A DNA stretch of 64,000 nucleotides. It comes from the human T2T-CHM13v2.0 reference genome, Homo sapiens. Both the position numbers and the translations under genes were made by a program. Below the pieces are notes generated by a model that was given only the letters and a program-made list of their open reading frames with translations, did not search any database and was not told where the DNA came from. Below are positions 40,500-54,440 of the stretch, piece by piece (within the stretch, counting starts at the first letter, position 1; each line of letters starts with the position of its first letter). The DNA lies in the NCBI RefSeq assembly GCF_009914755.1, contig NC_060928.1; one strand, written 5' to 3'.

Positions 40500-40990
40500 T
40501 TTTATGATCCCATAGGAACTTGGAAAGTTAAGGGTCTTCAGGGTCAAAACTGCTTTTGTAATAATACTAAGACATTGTGTACCTTTTCCACTTGCTCTCT
40601 CAAAAATGTATAGGGGAATCTTCCAGTGGCTATATGCCATGTGATATTGAACAAATTGAATACAGAAGCAGATGGTAGAATCCAACCATCTTCTACTAAC
40701 CTGGCCATTAAAGAGAGTTGCAAATATGTGAAACAGTGCCACTCTTCTTGGTAATATTTTTTGTTTGAGACAATGTAATTATTTTTCATAAAAATATTAA
40801 TATGTTACTTTAACATATAAAGATTTATTATTTTTAAATGAATTAATACATAAGTATTTTAAAATGTTCTTTTCTATTTTCTAATATAGTAAATATTGAT
40901 CAATACAAAACACATAAAATTTATCTGGAGTCTTCAATAATTTTTAAGCATGTAAGGGTTCCTGAAACCAAAAAGCTTGAGAATTGCCAG
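40500..40990. mobile_element. hAT-Charlie DNA transposon relic
   Basis: Ends in GGTTCCTGAAACCAAAAAGCTTGAGAA, like Charlie termini; internal GTCAAAACT...ATAATACTAAGACATT. Confidence 0.6.
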
Positions 40991-41114
40991 CTTCAGTAAG
41001 GTACAATTGGGCACAAGGCTCAATGGTATCACCAGAACTGTCTCCCCCTTATCATAGACTGCTTTTCTCAGAGCTGGTTTCCTTCTCAGGCGTGTGATAT
41101 CAAAGATGACTTCC

Positions 41115-41427
41115 AGCTGGGGCGTGGCAGCTCACACTTGTAATCTCAGCACATTGGGAGGCTGAGGCGGAAGGATCACTTGAGCCCAGGAGTTTGAGAT
41201 CAGCCTGGGCAACAGAGTGAGACCCTGTCTGTACAAAACAATTTTTAAAACTGGCCAGGCATGGTGACATGCACCTGTAGTCTCAGCTACTTGCGAGGCT
41301 GAGGTGGGAGCACTGCTTGAGCCTGGGAGATTGAGGCTACAGTAGGCCGCCATCACACCCTGCATTCCAGCCTGGGCGACAAAGCTAGACTCTGTCTCAA
41401 TTAAAAAAAAAATAAAAAATAAAAAAA
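41115..41427 (+). mobile_element. AluJ
   Basis: J-type sequence; TSD GACTTCCAGC. Confidence 0.9.
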
Positions 41428-42354
41428 GACTTCCAGCAACTCAAAAATTTTATCTACCAACCTAGCAAACCATAGGAGAAAATGCCATTTTTTGACAGCA
41501 CTAGTAAAATTTCTAGTTATAACATTGGTCACACTTAAGTCTCATGCCCATCCACATATCAATCATTTGAGCCAGGGGTTGGTTGATTCCTGGGTCATTA
41601 CGTCTACCCTGGAGCCGGGGACAGGGGCAGCCCACCAGCACCACAGGATCGAGGAAGAAGTGGTTCCCTAGAAAGATGATGAATGGGGCATAAAAGAAGT
41701 CCTCTATTAGAAAGCCTGAGTCCTATGCTGTTCTCAGTTAGAATCCCAACCTTTCTTTCCACTGTCAGCACCTTGAGACAATAGAGTTGCCTTTCTCTTC
41801 TTGGGGAGGAGTCTGATTGCATTCTGTAATTAAGAGTTTGCATCCAAATCACATATCCTAACAGAAGTTCTTCTTACGAATTAGCAGTGCTATGCCAAAA
41901 GAAAGTTGTCTTTTCACCGTAAACTATGCAGAACACCTGACTTAAGCTAGGATTTCATTCCTAAACGTCTGAAGATTTAAATTTCATGCCTGCCTGTGTT
42001 GCTTGCAGGATTACTCTGGTCAGATCATTTAACCTTCTGGTGGCCTCTGTGTCCTTACCTCTAAAATCAAGGGTGTGGGAGGATTGTCTCTTGCAGCTTT
42101 AACATTCTTTGAATCTGATCAACAGAAGATGGAGGAAAAAAGTTCTTCCAAACCTGGTCTATCAACTGCTATAGTGAAGGTCCACAAAATGAAGTTTTAC
42201 ATTTTTTTTTCAGATTACATATCAATTTTGGTTCTATGTTTGTTTCTTCAATATTTTTGGTGATAATCTAAAATGGAGATTTCATCAGTCTGCAAGCACT
42301 GGGTTCATATTATCTTTTCCTTATTTCCTTTGCCTTTAGCTTCATTACTTTTTT

Positions 42355-42615
42355 TGTTTATTATTTTTTAAATTGACAACTAAAAATTATATATACTTAT
42401 GGTGTACCACATGATGTTTTGATATAAGTATGCATTGTAAAATGGCTAAATCAAGGAATTAACCTATTACCTCACATACTAATTTTTTTTGTGGTGAGAG
42501 CACTTAAAATCTAATCTTAGCAATTTCCAAATATACAATACATTGTTATAACTATGGTCATCATGCTGTACAATAGATCTCTTGAGCTTATGCCTCCTAA
42601 CTGAAATTTTGTATA
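42355..42615 (-). mobile_element. L1MA-type 3' end fragment
   Basis: GTGGTGAGAGCACTTAAAATCT...CATGCTGTACAATAGATCTCTTGA. Confidence 0.7.
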
Positions 42616-43829
42616 GCTATGTTACTTTTAATATTAAATGTGGATTCTGTAAAATCCCAGTTTTTACAAAATGTATTAGGAGTAACATAATAAGAGCCTC
42701 ATAAATTAATTTTTTCAGAAAGAAAGCTGTTCATTTACCTAGGACTTTTATTTAAAATACATATGTTCTTTGAAATGAAAGAAAAGCTAATGTTTCTCCA
42801 TTTATTCTAACTTACAAATTAAGCTGTAAAAGAAAACCACAATAGAAATTGCGTAAATTACCCTTAAGAATCAGCCAATTTTTACCACATACTTTCATTT
42901 GGTACACCTTAGGTTTCCTTATGTTTCCATTCACATACTACCATTACATAAGGTTTTACTTTTTTTTTTTTTTTTTGTCTTTGAGCCCTTCAAGTGAAGT
43001 TACCATTGAAAATCAAACAATACCTGTCCAGTGTTGTAAATTAAATATCGTGTAGTTTGATATCATATACCTGCCTTTCCATATCAGCCTTTCATTAATT
43101 ATAAGTACAAACACCAAAATAATTGTTATCAAGCCCCACAGTAGTTTTTAACTTCAGTTTTCAACTTAATTCTCATTATCCCATACTTTTAAACAGAAAA
43201 AAGTTTTAGTACATATATTACCTGGAAGTAATTCTAATCTGTTCCAATAACTAAATAGCTGAGGCTTCTGGGTTAGATATGGTTATCTTCTACTGTTCAA
43301 ATTTTTAATACAAAGCATGAATGTTAAATTTGTATATAACATTATTACAAAATGACACTGGTAACATGAAATCAGAACAACATTCTTTCCCGAGTACCTA
43401 GTACTTACCCACAAGGCATTGTAGATTTCTTTTCATTTAAAGAGTGGATAACAATCTTGGAGTAGATAACAATGAAAACCTAGAAAAAAAAACCCACCTC
43501 CTGTTTTTATTGAGTCAAACAAGCAGAACTTTGATTGGAAAGTCCCATTTCATATATTACACTGGTAGTATTTTCTTCTAACGAAAAAAAAAAAGCCCTT
43601 GTGCCACCACCTTGACATGTACTTAAACGTTTACCCAAATCACTTAGGCATTGCTTCTCAAACTTGGCTGCATAGCAGAATTGCCTGGAGGGTTTTTAAA
43701 AACACAAATGCCTATGTCTCACTCCCTGAAATTCTCCTTTAATTGGTACGAGGCGGGGCTATTCTAGGAACTATTTTCTATCCCTTGGCAATTAGCCATC
43801 TGTATAGTATTTTTAACTTTCTACGTGTT

Positions 43830-44779
43830 ATTAACTGTAAGACTGTTTGAATTGTCAGGTCTTTGTGGTGAGCTGAATTCTGCATGGCAGTGCTTACTGT
43901 GCAGAAAGGTTGCAATGCCTCACTTTGCCTTAATCCATGTTCCTCTAACTTCCTTACTCTTTCTCTCAAGAGGAGGCAAGTGGCTGTGGCGGCCGCAGCA
44001 GTGGCTGATCATCACTGAAAATACCAAAGAAAAGAACTGAGCTGCCTCCTTCATATTTTTTCCATTGAGGATTAATTTACCGTGCTTTTTCATTTTCTCT
44101 ACATCCTGCAAAAGTTTTTTTCTCTCCTAAGAAACAAACTATGAACTGATTGTTGAAAAAAAGAAGTAAAAAGTTTTAGCACAGCTTCTCTGTCTCTTCG
44201 GGACAAGTTAGAAAATTCTGAAGTGAGCCGAAGCATAGTAAGTGCTTTCTTTCTTTTTAAGCTACTTCTGGGGAGGGAGGAGGCTATTGTAATGGTAAAT
44301 TTCACTCCGAGAGGAAGAAAGGGTTGATAATCAATCAAAAATGAGGTATTCCTTTGAGTATTTGTGATTTTCTTACTATATTGTAAGATGCTTTTAATTT
44401 TCTCTGTAAAATAGGCAGAAATGGTTTTAGTGTGTGTATGTGTGAAATAAAAGCTCAGAAAAGCAATCTTCAGAGCGCCACTGAAGGAAGTTTTGACGAA
44501 CGGAGTAGAGATGTATACCACTTGGGGGCTTCAGTGAGAACCCAGAATTCCTGGAGGAGGATTTACATTCAGAAATGTTGAAGTGAAAATTCCTTCTGGT
44601 TCAGCATCTTGGAGTTCAGCTTGGAAGAACATTTTACGTATGGAAGAATTTGCTTCTCCAAACCTCTCTTTTGGCCATTGTGTGTCCTGAAGGATGGGAC
44701 AACTTGTGCTGTAGAAGCACTGCTTGCCTGAGTTTGCTTCAGGCATTTTAAATTTAACTTGAGGGATCATGTGTTTGGC
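43830..44779 (+). promoter_or_regulatory. SHROOM3: SHROOM3 long-isoform promoter / long 5' UTR of exon 1 (TSS approximate)
   Basis: Repeat-free ~1 kb directly upstream of the ATG; long first exon is from memory of the mRNA; no CpG island. Confidence 0.55.
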
Positions 44780-44947
44780 ATGATGAGGACCACTGAAGAC
44801 TTCCACAAGCCTAGTGCCACATTAAACTCTAACACGGCCACCAAGGGAAGGTACATTTATCTGGAGGCATTCCTGGAGGGAGGAGCTCCCTGGGGTTTTA
44901 CTCTAAAGGGTGGCCTGGAGCACGGAGAACCATTAATCATCTCTAAG
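44780..44947 (+). CDS. SHROOM3: SHROOM3 exon 1 coding part (168 nt, 56 aa): [56 protein letters not shown]
   Basis: Matches the SHROOM3 N-terminus; GGAPWGF is the PDZ carboxylate-binding loop; donor AAG|GTATGT at 44948, phase 0; intron 1 runs past the window end. Confidence 0.97.
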
Positions 44948-47692
44948 GTATGTTTCTTTTTCCAATATTGCCTTTATTCAAATTGTTTTTTTCAACTTGT
45001 CAGATTTGTCAAAAATGCAAAATAATGAGAACTGCCTTAATATAACTTAATTTGCTGTTTCATGCCTTTCTGATTATCTAGAAATATTTTGGATAGCCTG
45101 GGATTTGAAAGAAAAATGTGTCTAGCTCATTTATTCTATGAAATCCGAAGAAAAATATGCCTGTTTGATGGATAATCTTCTCTTTTTGTGAATGAAATCG
45201 CATACAATCAGTTACCACATGAGCTTTTCAGTTATAAATCAGATTAAAGATTAATAACATGGTTAAGATGGTGGCATGGTATATATTTGTGCATTCAAAA
45301 ATATCTGCTTTTTCTCTCTTCAACTGAAAATAGCATCTAAAAATATTTTAAGTTTGCTTATAATTCTGGATAATAGATTGCATAAATACCATGTGTTGCT
45401 TTTTTTCCCCACACTCAGAAAGGAGAATTAAATCAGCTTTCAGCATAACTCAAGATCAAAACATTTCTGCCTCTCCTATTTATCTGTATATTTGAATCCC
45501 TTTTTAAACCTTAGTCATCCTGCAGCATACCTCAATTCTTCATTTATCTTTTGGTGTGGGTAGTCATACCAATGAAATATTTATGTACTGGGGTTAATAT
45601 TTCTATTTTTCTCTTAAACTACAGATTAACATTACTTGTTATAATATTGCTTTTAAATTTTTAGAGTATTTAATAGTCTGATACAATAGATTATAATGGC
45701 TTTTCACACATGTGCATTCATCAAGAAACATTTGTAATTAAGGGAGAAAAAATTTTTAATTTGAGGGTGGGAAGAAGGTAATATGGATTGCATTTGAGCT
45801 CTGTTATTGGTTCAGGTTACTTTTCATATCCCCAGAAATAATTCCAAAAGGTTATTTTTCAAATTACTGAAGTAATTCTTACTGTGGATGAGCCAGGGAG
45901 AACTGGGTTTCACAGTGATAAGCCACGAGTGCACGGGACACCATTATAAGTTGTATGACTTTTCCTTAACTTTCTTAAGTAAAACAAAAGGATGTGCATA
46001 TGTGTGTGTCAGTTAGGAAGGCTTCCCCCTGTGAAAAAAATTCAAAACCGAGTTTATAGTGGCTCTCAGTAAATTGGGGTTTGTTTTTCTCATATTACAA
46101 GAAGTTTGGAGGTAGATTTTCCAGGCAAGGGGAGCAGCAGCTCAATAATGTGATCAAGGACCCCACTTATCTCTCCACTCTGCCATTCTTATGATGTTGG
46201 CTTTGTCTTCATGGTTGCATGATGGATCCCACAACTCCAGCATTGATTGCATCTTCATTCCAGACAGGTTTTTGGCTTTTTGTTTCTCATTAGACCTTTG
46301 CTTTCATCTCATTAACCAGAACTGTACCCTGTGCCTGTCTTTAGGCCAATCACTGGTAAGAAATGCCAGTGATTAATACAGACTGATTAGGATTTCTTTC
46401 ACAGGTTTCTACAATAAGGACCTACTCTTCCTGAAGTCAAGGAATCATTGCCCACTGTTTGAATGATTTGAGGTTCTTTTTGCAGGAAGAAAGAGGGCAT
46501 GGTTGCTGAATAACAGATAATTCTGCAATGAACATAAATATTGTCTCGGCATTTAAAAAGTCTAGTTGTACACAATTTGCCTGTCCCTTAATGATAAAAT
46601 ATTCTGTATCTATACACTACAGTATCTGACAGTTTGCTGACAGAAAGGTCTAATCCTCCCACTAATGAGCCAGCTTCTCTAAGCCTCCATTTTACCTGCA
46701 GAATGGGGCTATCCTACTATCTACTTTAATGGGTTGTGTTTAAATGCAACCATGCATTTAGGTTAGTGTCTAGTACACAGAAGGAGCAAAGATTATGATT
46801 ATTGCTTTTCATTATTCTAGCAGACATGTGTAGTAGGAGACAGGTCTGGCTGCTGTAAAAAGATCCAAAATAACAATAATATAGGAATTTATTTCTCTGA
46901 CATAACAGTCTGAGCATAAGCCAAACCAAAAGATGGCTCTATGATGTCAGGGACCCAAGTTCCTTCTATTTTCTTACTTCCATCCTGGAGTGATATCTCA
47001 TCTTCATGGTCCAAGTGACTTGCCACCACATCTGCTTTCCAGTCAGTAAGAAGCAGGGAAGAGGGAAAAGAGAAGGCAATCTCCTTTCTTTCAAGGATCC
47101 AATCTGGTCCAATGTGCTCTGTCCAATATGGTGGCCCACAGTCACATGTGACTATTTCTATTTCAATTAAAGGTAACTAAAATGAAGTAAAAAATTTTAA
47201 ACTCTGTTTAAATGTTCCTCATTTGCACTTGTTGCATTCCAAGAGTCGTACTGTTCCGAAGCTCTTGAACATCTTCCCCCATGTTGTCTGTCTGGCAAAC
47301 TCTTTAAAGCTCCATTTCTTCTTCTCTCTGAGGTTTTCCTGATGTCACCCAAGTTGAGTTCCGTGGTCTCCCTTCTACACTTCCATATTATGCATGTATT
47401 ACATTGAATCATAAAATTTTATTTCGTTGATTGCCTTCTCAGAAGTCTGTGAGCCTTTTTAGGGCAGGGACTATTTTTTTTTTTTCATCTCTATCACATC
47501 TAAATCAGAGCCTAGGTACACAAATGTTTGTTGAGTATATGAAAGGGCATGGCTGTGTCTTACTCATTTTGCATTTTCAGGATCTAGCACAGTGCCTGGC
47601 ACAGAGTAGGCACTCAATAACTTTTACTGAATTAATAAGCAAAAGACCAAACAGAACCAATGAGGATGCCAGGCAGACCTCCATGTGGGGCA

Positions 47693-48197
47693 TGTATTAG
47701 TTTCCTATTGCTGCTGTAACAAATTACTACAAACTTATGGCTTAAAAACAACACAACTTACAGTTCTGTAGGTGACACACCTCACACAGATCTCACTGAG
47801 CTAAAGTCAGTGTGTCAGCAGGGCTGTGTTCCTTGCTGGAGGCTCTAGGGGAAGATGTGTTTTCTTGCCCTGTCTAGCTTCTAGAGGCTGCCCACATTCC
47901 CTGGCTCATGGTCCCCTTCCTCCATCTTCAAAGTCTGCAACAGCAGGTTGAGTCCTTCTCACCCTGCAGCTGACCTCTGACTGCCTCTCTCTTTCACTTT
48001 TAAGGCCTCTTGTGAGTACCTTGGACCTACCAGGATAATCCTGGATAATCTCTCTATTTTAAAATCAGCTGGTTAATAGCCTTAATTGTATTTGCAACCT
48101 TAATTCACCCTTACTAAATAACCTGACATATTCACAGGTTTCAGGGATTAGAATGCAGACATCTTAGGGGAGACAGGGCATTATTTTGCCTACCACC
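47693..48197. mobile_element. MLT1D-like MaLR LTR
   Basis: TGTATTAGTTTCCTATTGCTGCTGTAACAAATTAC...ATTTTGCCTACCAC. Confidence 0.8.
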
Positions 48198-48859
48198 AGG
48201 CATTTGAGCATTGGTAGAAGTCTATGTAATTAAGGCAGTACCAGGGATGAGACTAAAGTGAAATGTGGTGGCTGATCATGCGTATACTAGATCTTCTCTC
48301 TAAGACAATGAAAGAAAATGCACATTAGCTCATACACTGCTAACCAGATGTCTACTATTCTCCCAAGTTAGGGTGACCCTCCATTGTAGGGGAAGGGAAG
48401 GGATAGTACACATTGAGTCACACATATGAAAGGCACAAACACATTATACAAGGCAGCTATAAACTGCCAGGTTATGGATGGCAATATAATAAATGAAGTA
48501 TCATTTTTCTTTAGATATAAATGAGGCAGGAGAATGAATGGCCGTAAAGGATCTACAAAGGGTAACAATAGAATAAATCATTTTTGAATTGCTTTCTTTG
48601 GGATTTAATATCCTTGGAAAGGAAAGGTGGGGTTGTGGAAAGCGCCTCTGTAATCTGTGAACTTCAAAAAGAAAGGGTAACTTTTAAAAAATTGTCATTG
48701 TAAGTGGATGCTCAGGTAATTCAATAGTCCAGGAAGTTGGTGGCATGATTTTATTATGATTCACTTACTCTGTATTGTGGCTCAGAAAAGCAGTTCCACC
48801 TGCAGAAGAGATGCACCTGCTCCCAGGGCTCATAAGCCAAGTAACAACAATAAACAACA

Positions 48860-49120
48860 ACAGCAGCAACTGCCGGTACTTATTTAGTGTTTGTGATGTT
48901 CCAGGCTCTATTCCAAGAGATCTACGTGTTCACCCATTTAATTTCCACAACTTCACAGAGAGGGTAACACTCTTATCCCAATGTTATATGTGGGACACGC
49001 ACCCAGAATTAATTTGAGTAACTTGCTGAAGCTCTCATAGCTACTAAGTGATGCAGTCAGGATTTGAACTCATGCATTCTGGTTCCAGAGTCCATGCGCC
49101 TCACACCCTATGCCATTCAG
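48860..49120. mobile_element. MIR relic
   Basis: MIR core-like AGTAACTTGCTGAAG...AGGATTTGAACTC. Confidence 0.6.
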
Positions 49121-49709
49121 TCTCCATTGCCTACTGAACATTTGGCTCTCTCTAGATTCTAGAGCTATTATCTGAGTGAAGTATGGGATTGATATTTCAT
49201 TATATAAGTTTTTAAATCTATTCGGGGGAATTTTAAAAAATACATAGTCCAATAAGATTCCATAAAATAGGTCTGACTACTGCTCAGTCAACTGCTTTAA
49301 GTAGTTCAAGACCCATAAAATAAGGGGACACCTGCTGTTCTTGGCAAATATATTCATGGTGTCTCCACCTGTAGAGGCATTTCTTTGTGCTTTTCAAACA
49401 TGGACTTCAGAATTTAAAGGTAGGCCACTGCCCTGGTCTCTTTTGTCTCTTACATCATCAACACTCAGCAATGTGCTGGTCAAAGCACTCCTCCATCAGT
49501 GCTTATATTTCTGATTTCTACTCCCCTGGAAGGTATCTGTGCTCTAGCTGGACTATCTCTATGCCATCTCATTATAAATCTTGCTGGTTCCATCTTCCAC
49601 ACTGTCACCTCTCCTTCTCCAAAACTGCTTCCTCCACCTGTAATATCACCACCTTTTTTCTATCAATCCAAATCTTAGCCTCCTTGTCCACCAAGACTTG
49701 ACTCACTGA

Positions 49710-50120
<411 letters not shown>

Positions 50121-50433
50121 CCTGAGTTCAATTTGAAATGGATTTTTAGGCAGTTCCCCAAGACCTGGATCTGGTTGAGGACCCAAAGTCATCTTTTTCG
50201 TCTCCTTCCAACTACCACATTAGATCAGCTCGTCATTCTGACCTTTTAAAATAGCCAATCCTTTCTGACTTTTTCCCTTTCTTGCTTTTTCCTTTAACAT
50301 CCTTTGCCCTTCCTACTAGGGTAGCCTCATCTCTCTGCTGCTCTTCAGCTAGTTTGTTTCTTCCCTTATTGTTCAATCTATCTTTGTCCTGCCTTTGCAT
50401 TCATTCTTCTTTCCTCTTATCTCCCCAGTGGCT

Positions 50434-50789
<356 letters not shown>

Positions 50790-51132
50790 TAAAGGTAGTT
50801 GTTTGCATTTGGCGTCCTGCCAATAAATTGTACTCGTTAAGGCCAGATGGGTTTTACTCATGCTGTATATATTTCTTCTCTTAGCAAAATCTTTCTCATT
50901 TACACATAGCAAATGCTTAATAAATGTTAAATGACTTACAGGATTGTACAGCTATAGGAAAATTAGCAATCATGTAATAACTTTCTTCGTACACAGAGAG
51001 AAAACTGAGATGCAAAAAAAGTTGCCAAGATGGTTTCAGTCTTAGCAAATTGAGAGTATGTGTGTATCTGTGTGTATGTAAAGCCCCAGCTAGTAAGGAA
51101 GTAATTGCTTTCTCTGATTGTGCCCTTTATAG

Positions 51133-51437
<305 letters not shown>

Positions 51438-52657
51438 CACCCTTTATACTTTTCTATGAATCCTAGCTCCCCTGTTAGACTGTTACCTTCCAGAAGCTAA
51501 AGACCCTTCATTGATTCCTTTTCTCTCTCTCTCTCCCCTTCCCTTCTTTCCTTCCTCCTTTTCTTTTTATTATTCGTGGTGCTTAAACTATACGTAACAA
51601 TTATGAAAATGAAAATGTGAATGAATAAAGAGGAAGATAAGTATTAGAGAGGATATTCTTAAAAATCTTTGTTAGAAGCTACCTAGGCCAGTGTGCACAC
51701 AGGTTACTAGAAAAACCTGTTTAAAAACTAAGGCAAGCAGGTTAAGTTGGGCTCAGTCTGACCATGTCTTTCATATGCACATATGTAATGTTTGGTAAAT
51801 GTCTGTTGAATTGAATTAGATTGAGAAAAAAGGGAAACTCATGTTTTTCTTTAACTTTTAAACCTTTAAAAATTAACTATTATTTTAGTTAAAGTCTTAC
51901 GCATTTTTTAGTACAAATTAATTTTGATATTTCCTATCAATGTTGTTGGAAATAACTTTTATTCAAGTAGCATGCTGACATGCTGTACCAAATGGGTCTT
52001 AGCATCAGTAAGAACTCTGCTTTCTTTCACAGCTAATAGATTCCCAAGGCTTTGCCTTCTATGCAGGGGACACAATTTATTTTAAGAAATATTCATCTCA
52101 TTTTAGTGAGCCCACAGTGTGATTGGAGAGGCATAATGAGAGACTTTCTATCAATTTTTGAAAAAACAAAACCTCAAAGGACATGCTGGATCTTAACTAA
52201 TCCATAGACAGACTCTTCCACATCTCTCCCTTTGATGTAGTTCCAAACAGTGAACATCTTATCCAAAGGGCTGCAGTGCAGAGTCCTTGTTCTCCCACTT
52301 GGTTCATCCCAGGAGTCCATCCATCTCTTGTGCTCTGACATCCCAGGCACTTCTCAATGAAACAAAATGAGGCAAAGATTCTCTACTAAATCTAAGCACT
52401 GTTTCTCCCCCTCTTCTAATGACTTTCTCCACAAAGGCTACATGGGTACGCTGTGGATCTTGGTTTGTAGAATGGAAGTGATTCTTTTCTGCCTTCAGAG
52501 GAAGCTTTCCTGATTTGGCAGACCGATGTACAGAACACTCTGTCCTGGGCATCTGAACCTGAATTTGCACTTATGTCAACTACATTTTTTCATTCCTCAA
52601 TATCTATTTGTTTTCTTCTCCATTTTCAGCAGTATTTTTTTCTTGGAGATTTATGAG

Positions 52658-52942
52658 ATTATTTATTTATTTTGAGACAAGACTTCATTCTGTCACCTAG
52701 GCTAGAGTGCAGTGGCATGATCACAGCTCATTGCAGCCTTGACCTCCCTGGGGTGAGCTTCTTACCTCAGCCTCCCAAGTAGCTGGGATTAAAGGTGGAC
52801 ACCACCACACCCGGCTAATTTTTGTAGAGGTGGGGTTTTGCTATGTTTCCCAGGCTGGTCTCAAACTCCTCAGCTCAAGTGATCTGCCCACCTCAACCTC
52901 CCTAAGTGCTGAGATTGCAGGAGTGATCCACCACGCCTGGCC
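52658..52942 (-). mobile_element. AluJ
   Basis: J-type GCATGATCACAGCTCA. Confidence 0.88.
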
Positions 52943-53111
52943 TAAACCTTTATTTTTGAATGCTCTTTGGTGCATGTATATTAATTTATATTTGTAATTT
53001 CTATGTTATATATATGTATATATGTATATATATATTTTCATTTTAAGTGAGGTTTTCCAGCATAGAAAAAAGCTTACATCCCAGACAATATAGGGCTCTG
53101 AGTGGGAATAA

Positions 53112-53521
<410 letters not shown>

Positions 53522-53545
53522 AGTTTTCTCATCTTTCAAAGGCAC

Positions 53546-53839
53546 CAGGCCTGGTGGCTCACACCTGTAATCCTAGCACTTTGGGAGGATGAGTCAGGTG
53601 GATCATTTGAGTCCAGGAGTTCAAAACCAGCTTGGGCAACATGGCAAAACCCTGTCTCTACAAAAAATACAAAAATTTGCCAGGCATGGTGGTGCATGCC
53701 TGTGGTCCCAGCTACTCAGGAGGCTGAGGTGGGAGGATCGCTTGAGCCCAGGAGGTGGAGATTACAGTGAGCCAAGATTGTGCTACTGCACTGTAGCCAG
53801 GTGACAGAGCCAGACATTGTCTCAAAAAAAAAAAAAAAA
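53546..53839 (+). mobile_element. AluJ
   Basis: J-type GGAGGATCGCTTGAGCCCAGGAG; A-tail. Confidence 0.9.
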
Positions 53840-53989
53840 GGAACATTCTTACCTAATGAAGTTGTTATAAGTATCCAACATAGTATAAGCTATGCAATAG
53901 TGCTTTGTAGGTATCCAGCATAGGTAGGCAACTCATATGCCAAAGATGATACTTGGCTGATTTTCTGTATCATGGCCAGCAGTTGCTAC

Positions 53990-54440
53990 CTCACACTGAA
54001 ACACTGAACAGATTATTCCCTGCCATCATAGAGCTTATATTCCAACAGAAGGGGACTGGCAATAAACATGTTTGTATATGCTAATTTCAGGGTGTGGTAA
54101 GTATTATTAAGAAAAAAAATACCCAATACGATATGTTCCAGAGTGATAGTGTCTGTGAGGTAGAGGTATGCCACATGGTGATTAGAGAAGGGTTTTCTGA
54201 GGAGATGACATTTGAGCCAAGACCTAATAAGAAATAAGAAGCCAGACATGCAAAGAGGTTTATAAGTTGGGCTGAGGTAGGAGAGTCTTAGAAAGTTCTA
54301 GAAACAAAAAGAAAGTCAGTGTTATTGGAGTACAGTAAGCGAGAGAGTAGTATGAGAAATGGAAAGGTAGGCTGAGGTCAGATCACATAAGGCCTTGCAG
54401 GCTGTGGAAAGGACCTTGGACTGGATCTAAATGCAGGGTG
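53990..54440. mobile_element. L2 relic
   Basis: CCCTGCCATCATAGAGCTTATATTC...GAGATGACATTTGAG...AAGGCCTTGCAGGC is L2-like. Confidence 0.65.

Noticed and set aside
44759-45025. 88-aa ORF as a complete protein
   Set aside because: It starts at a TTG before the real ATG and reads through the donor at 44948 into the intron.
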